Part shown: positions 62,867 to 64,000 of the stretch, in pieces
How positions within the stretch are numbered: the first letter of the stretch is position 1
Layout: each line of letters starts with the position of its first letter
DNA from: an uncultured Pseudomonadales bacterium
Lineage (GTDB): Bacteria; Patescibacteriota; Microgenomatia; UBA1400; Chazhemtobacteraceae
Reading direction: 5' to 3'
DNA: 64,000 nucleotides
Assembly (NCBI GenBank): GCA_964618725.1
Contig: CAZUBK010000001.1
Location: forward strand, 68,878 to 132,877
Translations under genes and position numbers: made by a program
Notes under the pieces: generated by a model
The model's database searches: none
The model's input: the letters and a program-made list of their open reading frames with translations, nothing else
Told to the model about the DNA's origin: nothing

Positions 62867-62907
62867 GGATGAGTTAAGTATATATGTTTTTTGGTATACT
62901 GGGGGAC

Positions 62908-64000
62908 GTGAAGAATGTATTGGTCTTGTTTGGTGGGGTAAGTACAGAGCATGAAGTAAGTATTGTCACCGCTTTACAGGTGATGAATGCCTTGAAAGAG
63001 GCAGGTTTTGGTGTTTTGCCCGGATATATTGCCAAAGATGGCAAATGGTTACTCGGAGATCAGCGCTTGCTCAAACCAGAGTTTTACAAGCAACTTGATG
63101 ATGTAAAAAAAGCATCAAGACAGTTTTTGCTACCGGCAGATAGACAGGTGGGGCTACTGACTAGAGGAATGTTTGGCTATGGGGGAACGATGGAGCAGGT
63201 CGATGTAGTTTTCCCGGTGTTTCATGGTAAGAATGGTGAAGATGGGACGGTTCAGGGATTAATCGAGTTAATGAATGTGCCCTATGTAGGTTGTGGAGTG
63301 ACGAGTAGTGCAGTGGGAGTAGACAAGTATTTAGCAAAGAAGATAGCGAAGGACTTGGGATTAAGGGTAGTTCTCGATCAGCTAGTGACCAAACGGGAAT
63401 GGGGTGCGGACAGGAAGAAAGTTTTAGAGAGACTGAAGTCTTTGGGGAGCGTGGTCTATATCAAGCCAAATGACTTAGGGTCGACGATCGGAATAAACAG
63501 AGCAACGACAAAGGCGGAACTTGAGAATGCCCTAGAAGTGGCATTTGTCTATACCACCAGGGTCTTGGTGGAGAAAGCACTGGAGAGAAAGATGGAGCTA
63601 AATATCTCGATTTTAGGTAATGGACCATATGAGGTCTCGGCGATAGAGCAACCGGTGGCGCAGGGAGAAGTGTTGTCGTTTGAAGATAAATATATCCGCC
63701 CGGAAGGTAAATCGAGGGGGATGGCGAGTGCGAAGCGATTAATCCCCGCCCCTATTTCAATTAAACTTCAGAGAGAAGTGGAGGATTCGGCGAAGAGATT
63801 TTTTGAAGCAATTGGGGGTAAGGGGATCAGCCGAATTGATTTCATGGTGGACAAAAATGACCAAGTTTACTTTAACGAGATAAATACAATCCCGGGTTCT
63901 CTTTCTTTTTATCTCTGGAAGGCATCGGGTGTCGGCTTCGAAGAGCTGGTCAAAAAACTAGTCAAACTAGCCGAAGAAGACTGGAAGGAGAAAAATCAAT
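62908..64000 (+). CDS. ddl: D-alanine--D-alanine ligase (runs off window end; not in ORF track)
   Basis: GTG start, FGGVSTEHEVS, FHGKNGEDG, LGSTIG, FEDKY, NEINTIPG. Confidence 0.93.
   Translation, partial: MKNVLVLFGGVSTEHEVSIVTALQVMNALKEAGFGVLPGYIAKDGKWLLGDQRLLKPEFYKQLDDVKKASRQFLLPADRQVGLLTRGMFGYGGTMEQVDVVFPVFHGKNGEDGTVQGLIELMNVPYVGCGVTSSAVGVDKYLAKKIAKDLGLRVVLDQLVTKREWGADRKKVLERLKSLGSVVYIKPNDLGSTIGINRATTKAELENALEVAFVYTTRVLVEKALERKMELNISILGNGPYEVSAIEQPVAQGEVLSFEDKYIRPEGKSRGMASAKRLIPAPISIKLQREVEDSAKRFFEAIGGKGISRIDFMVDKNDQVYFNEINTIPGSLSFYLWKASGVGFEELVKKLVKLAEEDWKEKNQ

Noticed and set aside
63670-63695. D-Ala-D-Lac specificity of Ddl (LSFEDKY)
   Set aside because: The determinant residue after Lys is Tyr (KY), as in D-Ala-D-Ala ligases.

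Overview
Chromosomal segment of a small-genome bacterium, most likely Patescibacteria/CPR (Microgenomates-like). This assignment is an inference from gene content (DUF4012, CxxC-x17-CxxC protein, MerR-HTH giant surface protein, type-2 IleRS, mostly SD-less genes). Housekeeping content: a division/cell-wall block (ddl, mraY, ftsW, murG, ftsQ, ftsA, ftsZ, rodA), ileS with a T-box, metK with a SAM riboswitch, rplU/rpmA/parB/lepB, a glycosyltransferase cluster and 7 canonical tRNAs. The most unusual signals are five. (1) A complete tRNA-Lys(CUU) is nested in the anticodon arm of a second tRNA-like shell (3704-3856). (2) A tandem array of recombinase-less single-gene cassettes sits at the 3' end of tRNA-Gly(CCC), each bounded by an att-like core, a conserved orphan peptide tail and a conserved ~45-bp arm (33196-34795). 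(3) A 121-bp hairpin-rich direct repeat brackets an AAA-ATPase/small-ORF module with a structured leader (14583-16671). (4) An XRE/kinase/giant-fibre locus carries a twice-repeated palindromic operator. (5) An asparagine-synthetase-A-like aaRS paralogue is fused to an MGS domain. All product calls come from motif recognition by eye; no database searches were run.
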